Shown: positions 24,031-33,796 of the stretch, piece by piece
Layout: every line of letters starts with the position of its first letter
How positions within the stretch are numbered: the first letter of the stretch is position 1
Source: a virus
Lineage: Duplodnaviria > Caudoviricetes
Strand: one strand, 5' to 3'
DNA length: 64,000 nt
Virus record (IMG/VR): IMGVR_UViG_3300037470_000126
Coordinates: 18,369-82,368 of that record
Notes under the pieces: model-generated
What the model was told of the DNA's origin: nothing
What the model saw: the letters and a program-made list of their open reading frames with translations, nothing else
Database searches by the model: none
Translations under genes and position numbers: made by a program

Positions 24031-24626
24031 TGGACATCACGGTTATCATTCCTACGATCCCCAGCCGTAAGGAGAGACTGTACGAGGCGATGGCGTCTGT
24101 TAGCTCCCAGACCAAGCCAGCTACTAGCATCATCATCCAGGCTGATCTGAACTGGGAAGGTTCAGCGGAGACGAGGAACAGGGCCCTGAAAGCTGTCAGG
24201 ACGCCGTGGGTCGCCTTCCTAGACGACGACGACTCATTCCTTCCGCATCACCTAGAGAGGCTGTCTCAGGCGCTCTCAGACGCCCAGGCGGACGTGGCGT
24301 ACCCTCTGCCCCTGGTGCTGGACAAGAACGGCAGGAAGATCCCGAGGCAGAGGGATTGGGGTGGCGGCCCCGAGTTCAGCGGCGAGACACTGGAACAGCG
24401 GTCGTACATCAACATCTGTTCAGTGGTCCGCACAGAGCTAGCGGTGGGTGTGGGAGGGTTTGAGTTCGTCCGAGGATCTACCGGCCAGCTTAACGACGAC
24501 CATGGTTTCTATCTCAAGCTATACCGAGCTGGTGCCAAGTTCGTCCATGTTCATGAGCCTACTTTCATCTGGAATCACCACGGTGGAAACACCTCGGGCC
24601 AACCCGGTAAAGGAGATGCCGCATGA
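24030..24626 (+). CDS. Glycosyltransferase family 2
   Basis: VIIPT, TRNRAL, WVAFLDDDD, DD.GFY; paralogous to the upstream GT2 (both end WxHHGGNTSG). Confidence 0.92.
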   Translation: MDITVIIPTIPSRKERLYEAMASVSSQTKPATSIIIQADLNWEGSAETRNRALKAVRTPWVAFLDDDDSFLPHHLERLSQALSDAQADVAYPLPLVLDKNGRKIPRQRDWGGGPEFSGETLEQRSYINICSVVRTELAVGVGGFEFVRGSTGQLNDDHGFYLKLYRAGAKFVHVHEPTFIWNHHGGNTSGQPGKGDAA

Positions 24627-25087
24627 GGGTTTTCCTGGGCGGCTGGTCTGGCACGGGAAAGACTACGGTGGGCAATTACCTAAGATCTCATGGATGGGTA
24701 CATGTGGACGTGGAGGATATGTTCCACACCAGCCCTCGATCCTTCGGGACCTTTATTCGTAATCCCGCAGTGTGGCTTAGTGACAGGACTTACCCCACCG
24801 ACGACGTGGTCATAACCTGGGGCTACGGTCGAGAGGGCAAGCCAACCGTTGGGCGGATTCTGGACATCGGGTTCAAGCCAGTTTGGCTGACGGGAGACCT
24901 TAAGCACAGCCTGGCCAATAGAGCCCGACGGGGGGACAAGATCCAGCACCGACCAGACCTTGAGAGACTACAGGAGGTAGAATACCTCAAGGCGGGTTAC
25001 ACCTGGACTAACATCCAGGTCTTTCACCCAGATGGTACAATGCTAGCCACAAAGGAAGTGGCTGACATGGTATGTGACGCGGAGTAG
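24623..25087 (+). CDS. P-loop kinase-like protein
   Basis: VFLGGWSGTGKTT, HVDVED. Confidence 0.7.
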   Translation: MRVFLGGWSGTGKTTVGNYLRSHGWVHVDVEDMFHTSPRSFGTFIRNPAVWLSDRTYPTDDVVITWGYGREGKPTVGRILDIGFKPVWLTGDLKHSLANRARRGDKIQHRPDLERLQEVEYLKAGYTWTNIQVFHPDGTMLATKEVADMVCDAE

Positions 25088-25095
25088 GGGATTAA

Positions 25096-25734
25096 ATGTT
25101 CGTGGTAACTGGCTCTGGCCACTCGGGGACGGGCTGGGCATCCGAGTTCTTCACCCAGTTAGGATTCCCGTGCGGCCATGAGGAGTGGTTCAACGAGAGG
25201 CTTTACCGGGGCATGAGGACTTCGGACGCCTCTTGGGCGGCTGTACCTCGTCTGGCCGTGATCGGTGATGCCCCGCTGATTCTGCTCCTACGGGACCCGC
25301 TGGCTGTCGTCCAGTCGTTCCTACGGTCGGGAACTTACCGGAGCCCTAACACCTCGTGTGTCATGACTCGGTACACTTACGACCAGCTCCCCAGTCTCAA
25401 GTCTACTCCGGATGAGCTGGGGCGGTGCATCGTGAGAACTGCCGACTGGGACATGCCGGCGCAGAGCCATCACCTTCTCATGACCCTCCGCATTGAGGAC
25501 ATGGCCCTAAACTCTCCCGACTGGTGGGACGAGGTCAGCGCCATGGTCCGATTTGTTACCGGTGAGACCGTGAGCGAGGATAAAGCCGGTCAGGTTCTGT
25601 ATGACCTGGGCAAGAACTACAACGCCCACGCCCGGGACGCTCGGGTGGATCTGTCGTGGGAAGACATCCTGAAGCACCCGCTGGGATACAAGCTGGTGGA
25701 GCGGGCCACACAATTCGGATACGAGGTGAACTAG
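25096..25734 (+). CDS. Sulfotransferase-like protein
   Basis: FVVTGSGHSGT (5'-PSB-like) and LLLRDPLAVVQS (3'-PB-like), LRIED. Confidence 0.65.
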   Translation: MFVVTGSGHSGTGWASEFFTQLGFPCGHEEWFNERLYRGMRTSDASWAAVPRLAVIGDAPLILLLRDPLAVVQSFLRSGTYRSPNTSCVMTRYTYDQLPSLKSTPDELGRCIVRTADWDMPAQSHHLLMTLRIEDMALNSPDWWDEVSAMVRFVTGETVSEDKAGQVLYDLGKNYNAHARDARVDLSWEDILKHPLGYKLVERATQFGYEVN

Positions 25735-26717
25735 TGAGGATCTGGGGCTGGTCGGCAGACCGAGGCGGGTGTCAGGCTTACCGGGTTAGGTTCCCGTTCG
25801 ACGCCATCAAGGAACACAGGCCTGACCTGGTCATAGGCTGGGGTGGGGTAATTCCCAAGCCGGCACGAGAGACCGCGGACGTAATCGTAGGTCAGCGGGT
25901 GTGTAACCCCGGACCGTCGGAACTCTGGCAGAAGTGGGCTAAAGCCGGGGATCGGAAACTGGTCTATGAGATGGACGACGATCTCTGGAATGTGGATCCG
26001 TCCAACGAGAGGGCCTATTACTTCTTCCGGAACCTGGATATCCAAAGGCGGATCACAGAGAATATCCAGGTGGCCCACGCGGTTACTGTCTCGACCCCTG
26101 AGCTAGCCGAGATGGTACGAGAGAAGACCGGCCACGGTAACATCCACGTGGTGCCCAATGCTGTACCGGCGTGGCTTCTCGACCACCAGGCGGAGCGGAA
26201 TCATCACGTCGGCTGGGGAGGATCTCCCACACACCACGGAGACTTTGGTCTCCTTCGGCAGGGAATGAAGAAGTTCCTCCAGCACAACAAGGACAAGACG
26301 TTCCACTGTATCGGCATGAACTACGCGGAGTGGATGAAGCTCCCGCCGGCACAGTGCGCATTCACCAAGTGGGTTCCCACGCCCGAGGACTTCTTCCTCA
26401 CCATCGACTACTCGGTGGGTGTGGCACCCCTCGCGGACACCTTGTTCAACAGTTCCAAGTCGGACATTAAGTTCCTGGAGCTGGCCGCTCTCGGTATCCC
26501 CACTATCGCGTCTGACGTGCCGGCATACAAGTCCATCCAGGATGGCTGTAACGGCCTGCTCATCAAGAATGACCACGAGTGGGGCCGAGCCCTAAAGGCC
26601 AGCGTGGAACAGCGGGACTTCTTCCTGGAAATGGGGCAGGACGCAAAGGAGTATGTGGCCGCCAACCGGACGACCGCTCACACTGCCCCGCTCTGGTTGA
26701 AGGCTCTAGAATCTTGA
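25734..26717 (+). CDS. GT-B fold glycosyltransferase (family 4-like)
   Basis: YEMDDDLW, VTVST, VVPNAV, GWGGS, APL...FNSSKSDIKFLE...GIPTIAS. Confidence 0.88.
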   Translation: MRIWGWSADRGGCQAYRVRFPFDAIKEHRPDLVIGWGGVIPKPARETADVIVGQRVCNPGPSELWQKWAKAGDRKLVYEMDDDLWNVDPSNERAYYFFRNLDIQRRITENIQVAHAVTVSTPELAEMVREKTGHGNIHVVPNAVPAWLLDHQAERNHHVGWGGSPTHHGDFGLLRQGMKKFLQHNKDKTFHCIGMNYAEWMKLPPAQCAFTKWVPTPEDFFLTIDYSVGVAPLADTLFNSSKSDIKFLELAALGIPTIASDVPAYKSIQDGCNGLLIKNDHEWGRALKASVEQRDFFLEMGQDAKEYVAANRTTAHTAPLWLKALES

Positions 26718-26742
26718 CATAGGCCACTTGACAGACTACCAT
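26714..26742 (+). promoter_or_regulatory. Sigma70-type promoter upstream of the packaging genes
   Basis: TTGACA-17-TACCAT, with a second TTGACA at 26728. Confidence 0.65.
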
Positions 26743-26781
26743 AGATACGGTACACACCCTTCTTATCTTACGGAGTCTGCC

Positions 26782-27306
26782 ATGGGAAACAGGGAGCCGG
26801 GAACCACGTCTCGTCCGCGTCCTACCCACTTCAACAAGGAGAAGGAGGCCGCGGACGCCAAGCGGATGTTCCAGTTGCGGACGGGCCCGGACAGGCTGAC
26901 CCTCGCCGCCATCGCCGACGAGATGGGGTGTTCAGTCTTCCGGGTCCAGAAGCTCCTCAACAAGTACACCCCCAAGCTCCTTGAGAAGGACGCAAACGCC
27001 CACCGGGATATCGAGATCGGCAAGCTGGACCTCCTGGAGGAAAAGCTGTGGATGATGGTGGACGAGAATTACTACACGGTTTCTAATGGCCAGGTGGTCA
27101 TCTTCGAGACCGGCGAGCCAGTCCCGGACATCGACCCCGTCCTAAAAATCATCGACCGAATCCTCAAGGTGGCCGAGCGTCGATCCAAGCTCCTCGGCCT
27201 GGACAAGCCGATCCGCGTGGACGCCACCGTGACTCAGGTGGATTCCATGGACCGAGAACTGATGGAGATGATGCGTCAGGGGAGGGGCCAGTTCAATGGT
27301 AGTTGA
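26782..27306 (+). CDS. Terminase small subunit (HTH)
   Basis: LTLAAIADEMG HTH; ERRSKLLGLDKP; directly upstream of the large subunit. Confidence 0.78.
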   Translation: MGNREPGTTSRPRPTHFNKEKEAADAKRMFQLRTGPDRLTLAAIADEMGCSVFRVQKLLNKYTPKLLEKDANAHRDIEIGKLDLLEEKLWMMVDENYYTVSNGQVVIFETGEPVPDIDPVLKIIDRILKVAERRSKLLGLDKPIRVDATVTQVDSMDRELMEMMRQGRGQFNGS

Positions 27307-28939
27307 CCCCCTGGGTCCCGACCTTCACTCTGGCAACTTCGACCATATCGCTTACATGGAGTGGTGTGTTAACCATGTAATGCGTGAAGACGGGGTACGG
27401 GGGACCTTTGATGATCCAGATTTCGGCCTGACTCTATGGGCTCGGGATGAACATGATGAGTTCCTCCTGAACGAGGCGGGAGAGAGATTTCCCGTACTAA
27501 CCGCCAAGGGAAGAATCTTCGCCACCGAAGATAATCCCATGCTGTTTGCCTTGGTCTACTGTCGGAATCTGATCTCCGATGACTCGGGACACGTTTCGTT
27601 TGCCGACCTTCACCTAGAGCTATGCCGCTACGTCCAGGCGTGGAAGAAGGCTATTGAGCCGAGGGAGTCTCGGACGGCATTCGTCGCTCCTCGTGAGGCC
27701 GGCAAGTCCTCATGGGTGTTCAAGATCCTGCCTCTGTGGGCAGCGGCTCATAGACACATCCGGTTCGTGGCCGCGTTCTCATCGTCGGCAACCCAGGCAC
27801 AGAAGCACCTGTCCGGCTTCAAGCGGCAGCTAGACACCAACGTCAAGATCCGCGAGGACTACCCGGATCTATGCAAGCCAGCCAAGAGGCCTAGCGGCGG
27901 TAACGTCTCCGACACTCAGGAGATGTACCACTCCACGTCCGGGTTTACGTTCACCGCGGCCGGTCTCGACTCCGAGATCCTGGGTCTGGTCGACCCGAAC
28001 AACGTCCGTCCTGACTTGATTATCCTAGATGACATCGAGCCGGACGAGTCGAATTACAGCCAGTACCAGATGAAGAAGCGCCGTACCACGATCCTGGACA
28101 CGGTGCTCCCGATGAACGAGCGGGCACACGTTGCCCTCATCGGTACTGTGACCATGCCTCAGTCTATCGTCCACCAGTTGGTCGAGACTGTCACCACGGA
28201 CAAAGAAGTTCCACAGTGGATCAAGGACGAGAAGTTCAACGTCCGCTACCTGGAGCCTATTGTCAACGAGGAGGACGGCGAGCGTCGCTCCATCTGGCCG
28301 TTCAAGTGGCCGCTGGTCTACCTGGAAGAGATCGAACATACACGGTCCTACAAGAAGAACTTTAAGAACCAGCCCGTCTCCGAGGATGGAGACTACTGGA
28401 CCGAGCAGGACTTCCAGTACGGGGACGTTCCACACCCAACGCATGTGGTCCTCCAGATTGACCCCGCCGTCACGAGTAAGCAAACCTCGGACTATTACGG
28501 GGTAGCGGTGGTCGCCTTTGACCGAGACGCGCGTAAGTGTGCGGTGTGGTACTGCCGGCAGTTCAAGGTCTCGCCCAAGGTCATGCGGAAGAAGGCTCTT
28601 GAGATCTGCGAGCTATTCCCCCAGATCGGCCGTATCCGGGTCGAGGCTAACCAGGGTCACGAGACATGGCATTCTGTATTCCACGATATGCCGGTTAAGG
28701 TAATCCTCCATTCGGAGTCCATCCCTAAGAAGGTACGGGCCTCGCATACGTTGAATCACTACCAGCGCGGTCGGGTGTTTCATACCAAGAAGTTCCCCGA
28801 GCTGGAAGACCAAATGCTCGCCTTTCCACACGTTCTCAATGATGATATGGTTGATGCCGTAGGTGCGGGTACGAGTTACTTCCTCAAGCCCATGAAGAAA
28901 GCCGGCGGCAACTCCATTCCCTATGGCGGGAGGTCCTAG
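27296..28939 (+). CDS. terL: Terminase large subunit
   Basis: APREAGKS Walker A, LIILDDIE Walker B, IDPA, DDMVDA nuclease motifs. Confidence 0.93.
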   Translation: MVVDPLGPDLHSGNFDHIAYMEWCVNHVMREDGVRGTFDDPDFGLTLWARDEHDEFLLNEAGERFPVLTAKGRIFATEDNPMLFALVYCRNLISDDSGHVSFADLHLELCRYVQAWKKAIEPRESRTAFVAPREAGKSSWVFKILPLWAAAHRHIRFVAAFSSSATQAQKHLSGFKRQLDTNVKIREDYPDLCKPAKRPSGGNVSDTQEMYHSTSGFTFTAAGLDSEILGLVDPNNVRPDLIILDDIEPDESNYSQYQMKKRRTTILDTVLPMNERAHVALIGTVTMPQSIVHQLVETVTTDKEVPQWIKDEKFNVRYLEPIVNEEDGERRSIWPFKWPLVYLEEIEHTRSYKKNFKNQPVSEDGDYWTEQDFQYGDVPHPTHVVLQIDPAVTSKQTSDYYGVAVVAFDRDARKCAVWYCRQFKVSPKVMRKKALEICELFPQIGRIRVEANQGHETWHSVFHDMPVKVILHSESIPKKVRASHTLNHYQRGRVFHTKKFPELEDQMLAFPHVLNDDMVDAVGAGTSYFLKPMKKAGGNSIPYGGRS

Positions 28940-30669
28940 TGGCAATCGAGGATAAGGTGGTGGACGGCATGGTCGTTCCCACCTCGAAGGACTCAGGGGG
29001 TGAAACCCCAAACCAGTCAGCCGGCGTGCCTGAGCCGAAGGTCTGGGAAGACCTGGAAGAGGCTCTGGAAGATCTAGAAGCCGCCATTCCCGGCTACCAG
29101 AAGGCAGAGGAGTATTACGAGGGAACGGTCAAGGAGAAGTTCCTCAACAAGGCCGTACAGGCTCTCCTGACGGGCTCCGATACAGACTTCCGAGTCAACC
29201 TAGCTGGCCGTGTTGTTGACGCCGTACAGGACCGTATGGAGGTCGCAGCGGTCACGGCGGAGCCTATCGACGACGACGAGGACGGCATCCCCGACTCGGA
29301 GCAGGACGATACCGACAACCAGACCGAGGACGCCACCGGCTTCGAGGGTGACGAACCCGAAGAAGAGGTCATGTCCGAGGAGGAGAAGCTCCTGGACGAG
29401 GCCATCTCCAAGATCTGGCGTGACAATGAAATGGACATCGAGGCTCCCGAGGTCCACCAGAAGATGCTCACGTACGGGGACGCCTACCTGTTCGTGGGTC
29501 TCTCCGACGACGAGGAAGAAGAGGACAGGGTGGACCTGTTCTTCAACTCCCCGTTGAATGTCCGTATCCTGTACCAGGACGAGAACCCGCGGAAGAAGCG
29601 GCTGGCCATCAAGAAGTGGGAGGTGGGCCCGAAGAACAGTAAGAAGGTCCGCCTTAACCTGTACTACCCGGAGGGTACGTACAAGTTCATTTCCCAGGGT
29701 GCCGGCCGATCGTCCACGGGAACCTCCTCTGCCAACTTCGAGGTGTTCACGGACGACTCCACGGACGAGATGGGTTTCGTGGAGAACGAGACGGGAGAGA
29801 TTCCGTTCTTCCACTTCCGCACCGCCCGGCCATACGGTCGCCCTGAGCACAAGAAGGCTTTCGGTGCCCAGGACGCTCTGACCAAGCTGGTCACCAACAT
29901 GATGTCCACCTCCGACTTTGCGGCCTTCCCGCAGAGGTGGGCACTCCAAGAAACTGGCACCACCACGGACGATGACCTCGACTGGGACGGCGGGGACTCC
30001 GACGTTTCGGACGAGAAGAACCCGTCCACGCTCCAGTCCCAGCTCATCTCGGGTCCTGGTCGCATCTGGCCGCTCCGCAACATGAAGGCAGTTGGTCAGT
30101 TCACCGCGGCCGACGTGGAACAGTTCCTCAAGCCCATTAACCTGTTCACGGGTCTAATGGCTGCGGTCACTGCCACGCCAGTCTCGTACTTCCTGGTCTC
30201 GCTCGGGGCAACTGCCACACCAGCCTCCGGCGAGTCGCAGCGGAAGGGCGAGAGCCCGTTCCTTTCCAAGGTCAATGCCCGGCAGCTCTCCGCCGAGGCC
30301 TCGTGGCAAGATGCTCTAGGCTATGGCCTGGGTCTGCTAAACCTGGAAGCCGAGGTTCGTGTCCGCTGGGCACCGTCTCAGGTCGTCTCTGGCGAGTCGG
30401 GATGGAAGGCCGTACAGGAACAGCAGAAGGCGGGCGTACCGGTCCGTCAGACGCTCCTGGAAGCCGGCTACACGGACGCCGAGGTTACGTCGTGGGGCTA
30501 CACCGACGACAACCCGGATGGGCCCGGTATCGACCTCTCAGGCATGGTCAACCCGCCTCCCGTTCCCGGTCAGGCGCCCCCCACCCAGCCGACGGCACCG
30601 GGAGCACCAATCCCGACCGAGGCCCCCGCTCCCCCGCCGGCTCAGACGCCCGCCCCCGTAGGAGCGTAA
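28939..30669 (+). CDS. Portal protein (SPP1 gp6-like)
   Basis: YYEG, YGDAY, AFPQRW; position after terminase. Confidence 0.9.
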   Translation: MAIEDKVVDGMVVPTSKDSGGETPNQSAGVPEPKVWEDLEEALEDLEAAIPGYQKAEEYYEGTVKEKFLNKAVQALLTGSDTDFRVNLAGRVVDAVQDRMEVAAVTAEPIDDDEDGIPDSEQDDTDNQTEDATGFEGDEPEEEVMSEEEKLLDEAISKIWRDNEMDIEAPEVHQKMLTYGDAYLFVGLSDDEEEEDRVDLFFNSPLNVRILYQDENPRKKRLAIKKWEVGPKNSKKVRLNLYYPEGTYKFISQGAGRSSTGTSSANFEVFTDDSTDEMGFVENETGEIPFFHFRTARPYGRPEHKKAFGAQDALTKLVTNMMSTSDFAAFPQRWALQETGTTTDDDLDWDGGDSDVSDEKNPSTLQSQLISGPGRIWPLRNMKAVGQFTAADVEQFLKPINLFTGLMAAVTATPVSYFLVSLGATATPASGESQRKGESPFLSKVNARQLSAEASWQDALGYGLGLLNLEAEVRVRWAPSQVVSGESGWKAVQEQQKAGVPVRQTLLEAGYTDAEVTSWGYTDDNPDGPGIDLSGMVNPPPVPGQAPPTQPTAPGAPIPTEAPAPPPAQTPAPVGA

Positions 30670-30672
30670 GCC

Positions 30673-31557
30673 ATGGCACTAGAGGATGAACTCATTGGCC
30701 AGGCTGCGGCTGATGCTCTGGTGAAGTGGGAAGAGCGCGCGTCGTCTGGTGTGGGAGATATCATTACTGACGCTGTAGCTCAGTTCGGTTACAGCGCACA
30801 AGCGCTCCTAACGTCCCAAATCAGCGTTACGGAGTTCATCGGTAGCACACTCGCTCAAGTCTTCAACGTCGGTACTGCCATCGCCGGAGGCGCCTTCCAG
30901 CTCATTACTGGACGCCGCCCAACCGTTCGGCGGAGGGGAATCAACGTGCGTGAGCTACCTCCCACACCAGCTATCACATACCCGCAGAGGGTGGAAGCCA
31001 CGATCACCCAAGCGGTTGCGCTCATTGAGCAACAGCCGGACCAGTCTCAGCGTATCGTGGAGCGTGCGCGAGATGACATGAAAGGCATTGCCGCATCGGA
31101 AGTCAATTCCACTGCGGCTCGTGCCTCGGAGATTACTGCCCGGTCACTAGGTGCCCGCGGCGTGATCTGGGTTGCCGAGAGGGATGCCTGTGTGAACTGC
31201 ACGGCTCTAGCCGGTCAGGTAGCCAGGCCCGGTCAGTCATTCGACGGTTCCCTAACATGGGGTGATAAGCCGCTGGCATGGACTGGGTTCAACGGTAGGC
31301 CACCTCGTCATCCCCACTGCCGTTGTCGACTCATTCCATGGGACGGCGGACGAGAAACTCCAGATGCCATCAAACGTGAGGCGGAACGGTCTGTTGCTCG
31401 TGGCTGGTCTCTGCCCAGTGAGTCCAACGCGGCTCGTCTCCGTGCCCTTGACAGACTTCTCCGTCAAGGTACGGGCCTACCGCCTAGCGTAGTCAAGAGA
31501 GCGCGCGCCGCTCTTGCAGCCGGGAACTTCCCACAGGGTAGAAACTTTCCCGGTTGA
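30673..31557 (+). CDS. Head morphogenesis (MuF-like) protein
   Basis: W.AERDACVNC...PPRHPHCRC. Confidence 0.78.
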   Translation: MALEDELIGQAAADALVKWEERASSGVGDIITDAVAQFGYSAQALLTSQISVTEFIGSTLAQVFNVGTAIAGGAFQLITGRRPTVRRRGINVRELPPTPAITYPQRVEATITQAVALIEQQPDQSQRIVERARDDMKGIAASEVNSTAARASEITARSLGARGVIWVAERDACVNCTALAGQVARPGQSFDGSLTWGDKPLAWTGFNGRPPRHPHCRCRLIPWDGGRETPDAIKREAERSVARGWSLPSESNAARLRALDRLLRQGTGLPPSVVKRARAALAAGNFPQGRNFPG

Positions 31558-31590
31558 TCGTGTATAGTTCCATCAACAGGTAAGGAGGTA

Positions 31591-31812
31591 GTGGTGGCCA
31601 CCACTCCTGGTAAGGGCGGAACGACTCCGGGCGGGTCATTCCGGATCAACAATGAGGCGGATCTCCGGAAGGCCATCTCCGCGGCCGGCTCGGTAGCTGG
31701 CAGTGAAGAGGAGAAGCGGCGCGTCCGTCGTCTCGTCATGCGCAAGGCCAAGGCGATGGGGAAGGCCAACATGATCCCCAGCGGCTGGGCAGCCGACGGC
31801 TCCACCAAGTAG
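31591..31812 (+). CDS. Small basic head-region protein
   Basis: FRINNEADLRKAI...KAKAMGKANMIPSGW; AGGAGG RBS. Confidence 0.75.
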   Translation: MVATTPGKGGTTPGGSFRINNEADLRKAISAAGSVAGSEEEKRRVRRLVMRKAKAMGKANMIPSGWAADGSTK

Positions 31813-31880
31813 TACCACACCCAGCGGTGCGAGGCTCTGGCGGATACCAACCTCGCCCGCCCGATTGAGAGAGAGGGCCC

Positions 31881-32600
31881 ATGCCCAAGGAGAACGACGA
31901 GACCAAGCCCGAGGGCACCGAGGCGGAGACCGAGGAAGAGGAGGACACCGAAGCGGAGCGACTTCTCGCGGCAGCCGTCAAGAACAAGGGCAAGGGCGGC
32001 AAGCCCTCGGACGACGACGACACGGAAGATGAGGACGAGGCCGAAGCGGAAGCCGGCGCGAACGACACCGTTCCGCGGGCGGAACTCCTCAAGGCCATCA
32101 AGTCTCGTCAGGCGGCCAAGAAGCGGATCCGCGAGATGGAAACGGCCATCGCTGCGGAGAAGGCCAAGAACGAGACGGAGTCTGAGAAGGCTGTCCGCGA
32201 GGCTCAGGAGAAGACCCTCAAGGCCGCCACGGACAAGTACAAGCCGGCTCTGGTCAAGGCCGGTGCGACGGCTGCACTTCTCGCGGCTGGGCCCAAGAAG
32301 GGCAAGGACGGCGTCCCGCGTCTCCTCAAGCTCATGGACCTGGACGCCATCGACCTCACCGACGACAACGACCTGGAGGGTGTGGAAGAGGAGGTCATGC
32401 GCCTCCAGGAGGAGTACCCCGAGCTATTCAACGACGGGTCCGAGTCGGTCAAGGGGGATGACGACGAGGAGGACGAGGAGAAGCCGAAGCCTCGCCGGCG
32501 TACCACCTCCAAGTCCCAGGACGGCGCCGGCAAGAAGCCTGCCCCCAAGAAGCTCTCCACGTCGGAGCTCATCCTCAAGAAGATGAGGGGCGAAGCATAA
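31881..32600 (+). CDS. Capsid scaffolding protein
   Basis: Charged coiled-coil protein directly upstream of the capsid gene. Confidence 0.82.
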   Translation: MPKENDETKPEGTEAETEEEEDTEAERLLAAAVKNKGKGGKPSDDDDTEDEDEAEAEAGANDTVPRAELLKAIKSRQAAKKRIREMETAIAAEKAKNETESEKAVREAQEKTLKAATDKYKPALVKAGATAALLAAGPKKGKDGVPRLLKLMDLDAIDLTDDNDLEGVEEEVMRLQEEYPELFNDGSESVKGDDDEEDEEKPKPRRRTTSKSQDGAGKKPAPKKLSTSELILKKMRGEA

Positions 32601-32650
32601 CGATTTGGTAACGGAATAGTGCCTGCCGCTTGACAAAAGCCGCCCCGCCC

Positions 32651-32680
32651 TTGACACGTTCAAGGAATTTCCGTTACCGT
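32651..32680 (+). promoter_or_regulatory. Sigma70-type promoter upstream of the capsid gene
   Basis: TTGACA-18-TACCGT. Confidence 0.55.
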
Positions 32681-32826
32681 TGTGGCAATTGTAAGACCCA
32701 TAGCCCTCTGGATAGAGGGTGGCGAAACGTCGGAAGACGAGACACCACCCCTTTTCACGAGGGCTTTGTGGTATCTCGGCCTCCTTCTTTCGTGATCATC
32801 TCTTACCCTGAAGGAGGGTTGACATC

Positions 32827-33753
32827 ATGGCACGTAATACCTTTGAGGACTGGATCCCCGAAGAGTGGGACTCCAAGGTCATCATGCGGGTCAATCAGGT
32901 CTCGGTCATCGAGTCTGAGGCCACTCCGTATCCGATGAGCACCGACACCCGTCACATCCCCCGGTCCGCCGGCGTGGACGTCAACGGCGTCTCCAAGGGC
33001 TCCGCGTACGGCGAGGACCAGTCTGAGAACGACGATGTCCTCCTCACCGCCAAGAAGGCCGGCCGTGCCATCCGCATCGCCGACGAGGACCTCCAGGACT
33101 CCAACGTCGCGATCCTGGAGCAGAAGCGCGTGGACTGGGCCACTTCGTGGGCCAAGTACATCGACAATGCCGCGCTCGCCGTCACCGCTGCGGAGTCGGG
33201 CGTCACCGTCCCCTACAAGTCCGTCTACAAGGCGATCCGCACGACCAACGCGGACACGGACTACACCGCGGATGACAACTACGTGGCCACGGCCACCGGT
33301 TCCGCGCTGACCTACAACGATCTGTCCTCGGTCCTGGGCAAGGTCGAAGGCGGCGACTACTGGGACGAGGGCCTGACCCTGGTCATCGCGCACCCGTCGC
33401 TCCGGGAGCGGATCCGGAACATCAAGGACGACGACGGCATGCCGATCTTCGTTCGCGGCCAGGGCGGTGACAGCGGCACGCCGGACACGCTGTTCGGTCA
33501 CCGGATCCGCTGGAGCCTCGGCGCCAAGACCTCTGCGACCGCCGTCCACAACCCGACCGGCAACCCGCTGCTGATCGTCGCGAACCGTGAGTTCCTGGCC
33601 ATCGGCAAGCGCTCCGGTCCGGAGTCCCGCGTCGCCGGTCCCGACTCGGGTGCCGCGTTCCTCACGGATGAGGCTCTGCTCAAGATGCGTGCCCGTCGCG
33701 CGTTCGCTCTCACCCACGAGAAGGCCGCGGCCGTCCTGGAGGTTGTGGCGTAA
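32827..33753 (+). CDS. Major capsid protein (HK97 fold)
   Basis: WIPEEW, D+DG.PIF, TLFG.RI, EALLKMRARRAF; strongly optimised codons; position. Confidence 0.9.
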   Translation: MARNTFEDWIPEEWDSKVIMRVNQVSVIESEATPYPMSTDTRHIPRSAGVDVNGVSKGSAYGEDQSENDDVLLTAKKAGRAIRIADEDLQDSNVAILEQKRVDWATSWAKYIDNAALAVTAAESGVTVPYKSVYKAIRTTNADTDYTADDNYVATATGSALTYNDLSSVLGKVEGGDYWDEGLTLVIAHPSLRERIRNIKDDDGMPIFVRGQGGDSGTPDTLFGHRIRWSLGAKTSATAVHNPTGNPLLIVANREFLAIGKRSGPESRVAGPDSGAAFLTDEALLKMRARRAFALTHEKAAAVLEVVA

Positions 33754-33796
33754 CTGCCACACCCACCGGACTAACGTCTGAGAGGAGGTGAACAGT

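Noticed and set aside
32803-33762. 319-aa minus-strand ORF
   Set aside because: Antisense to the major capsid gene, a typical high-GC artefact
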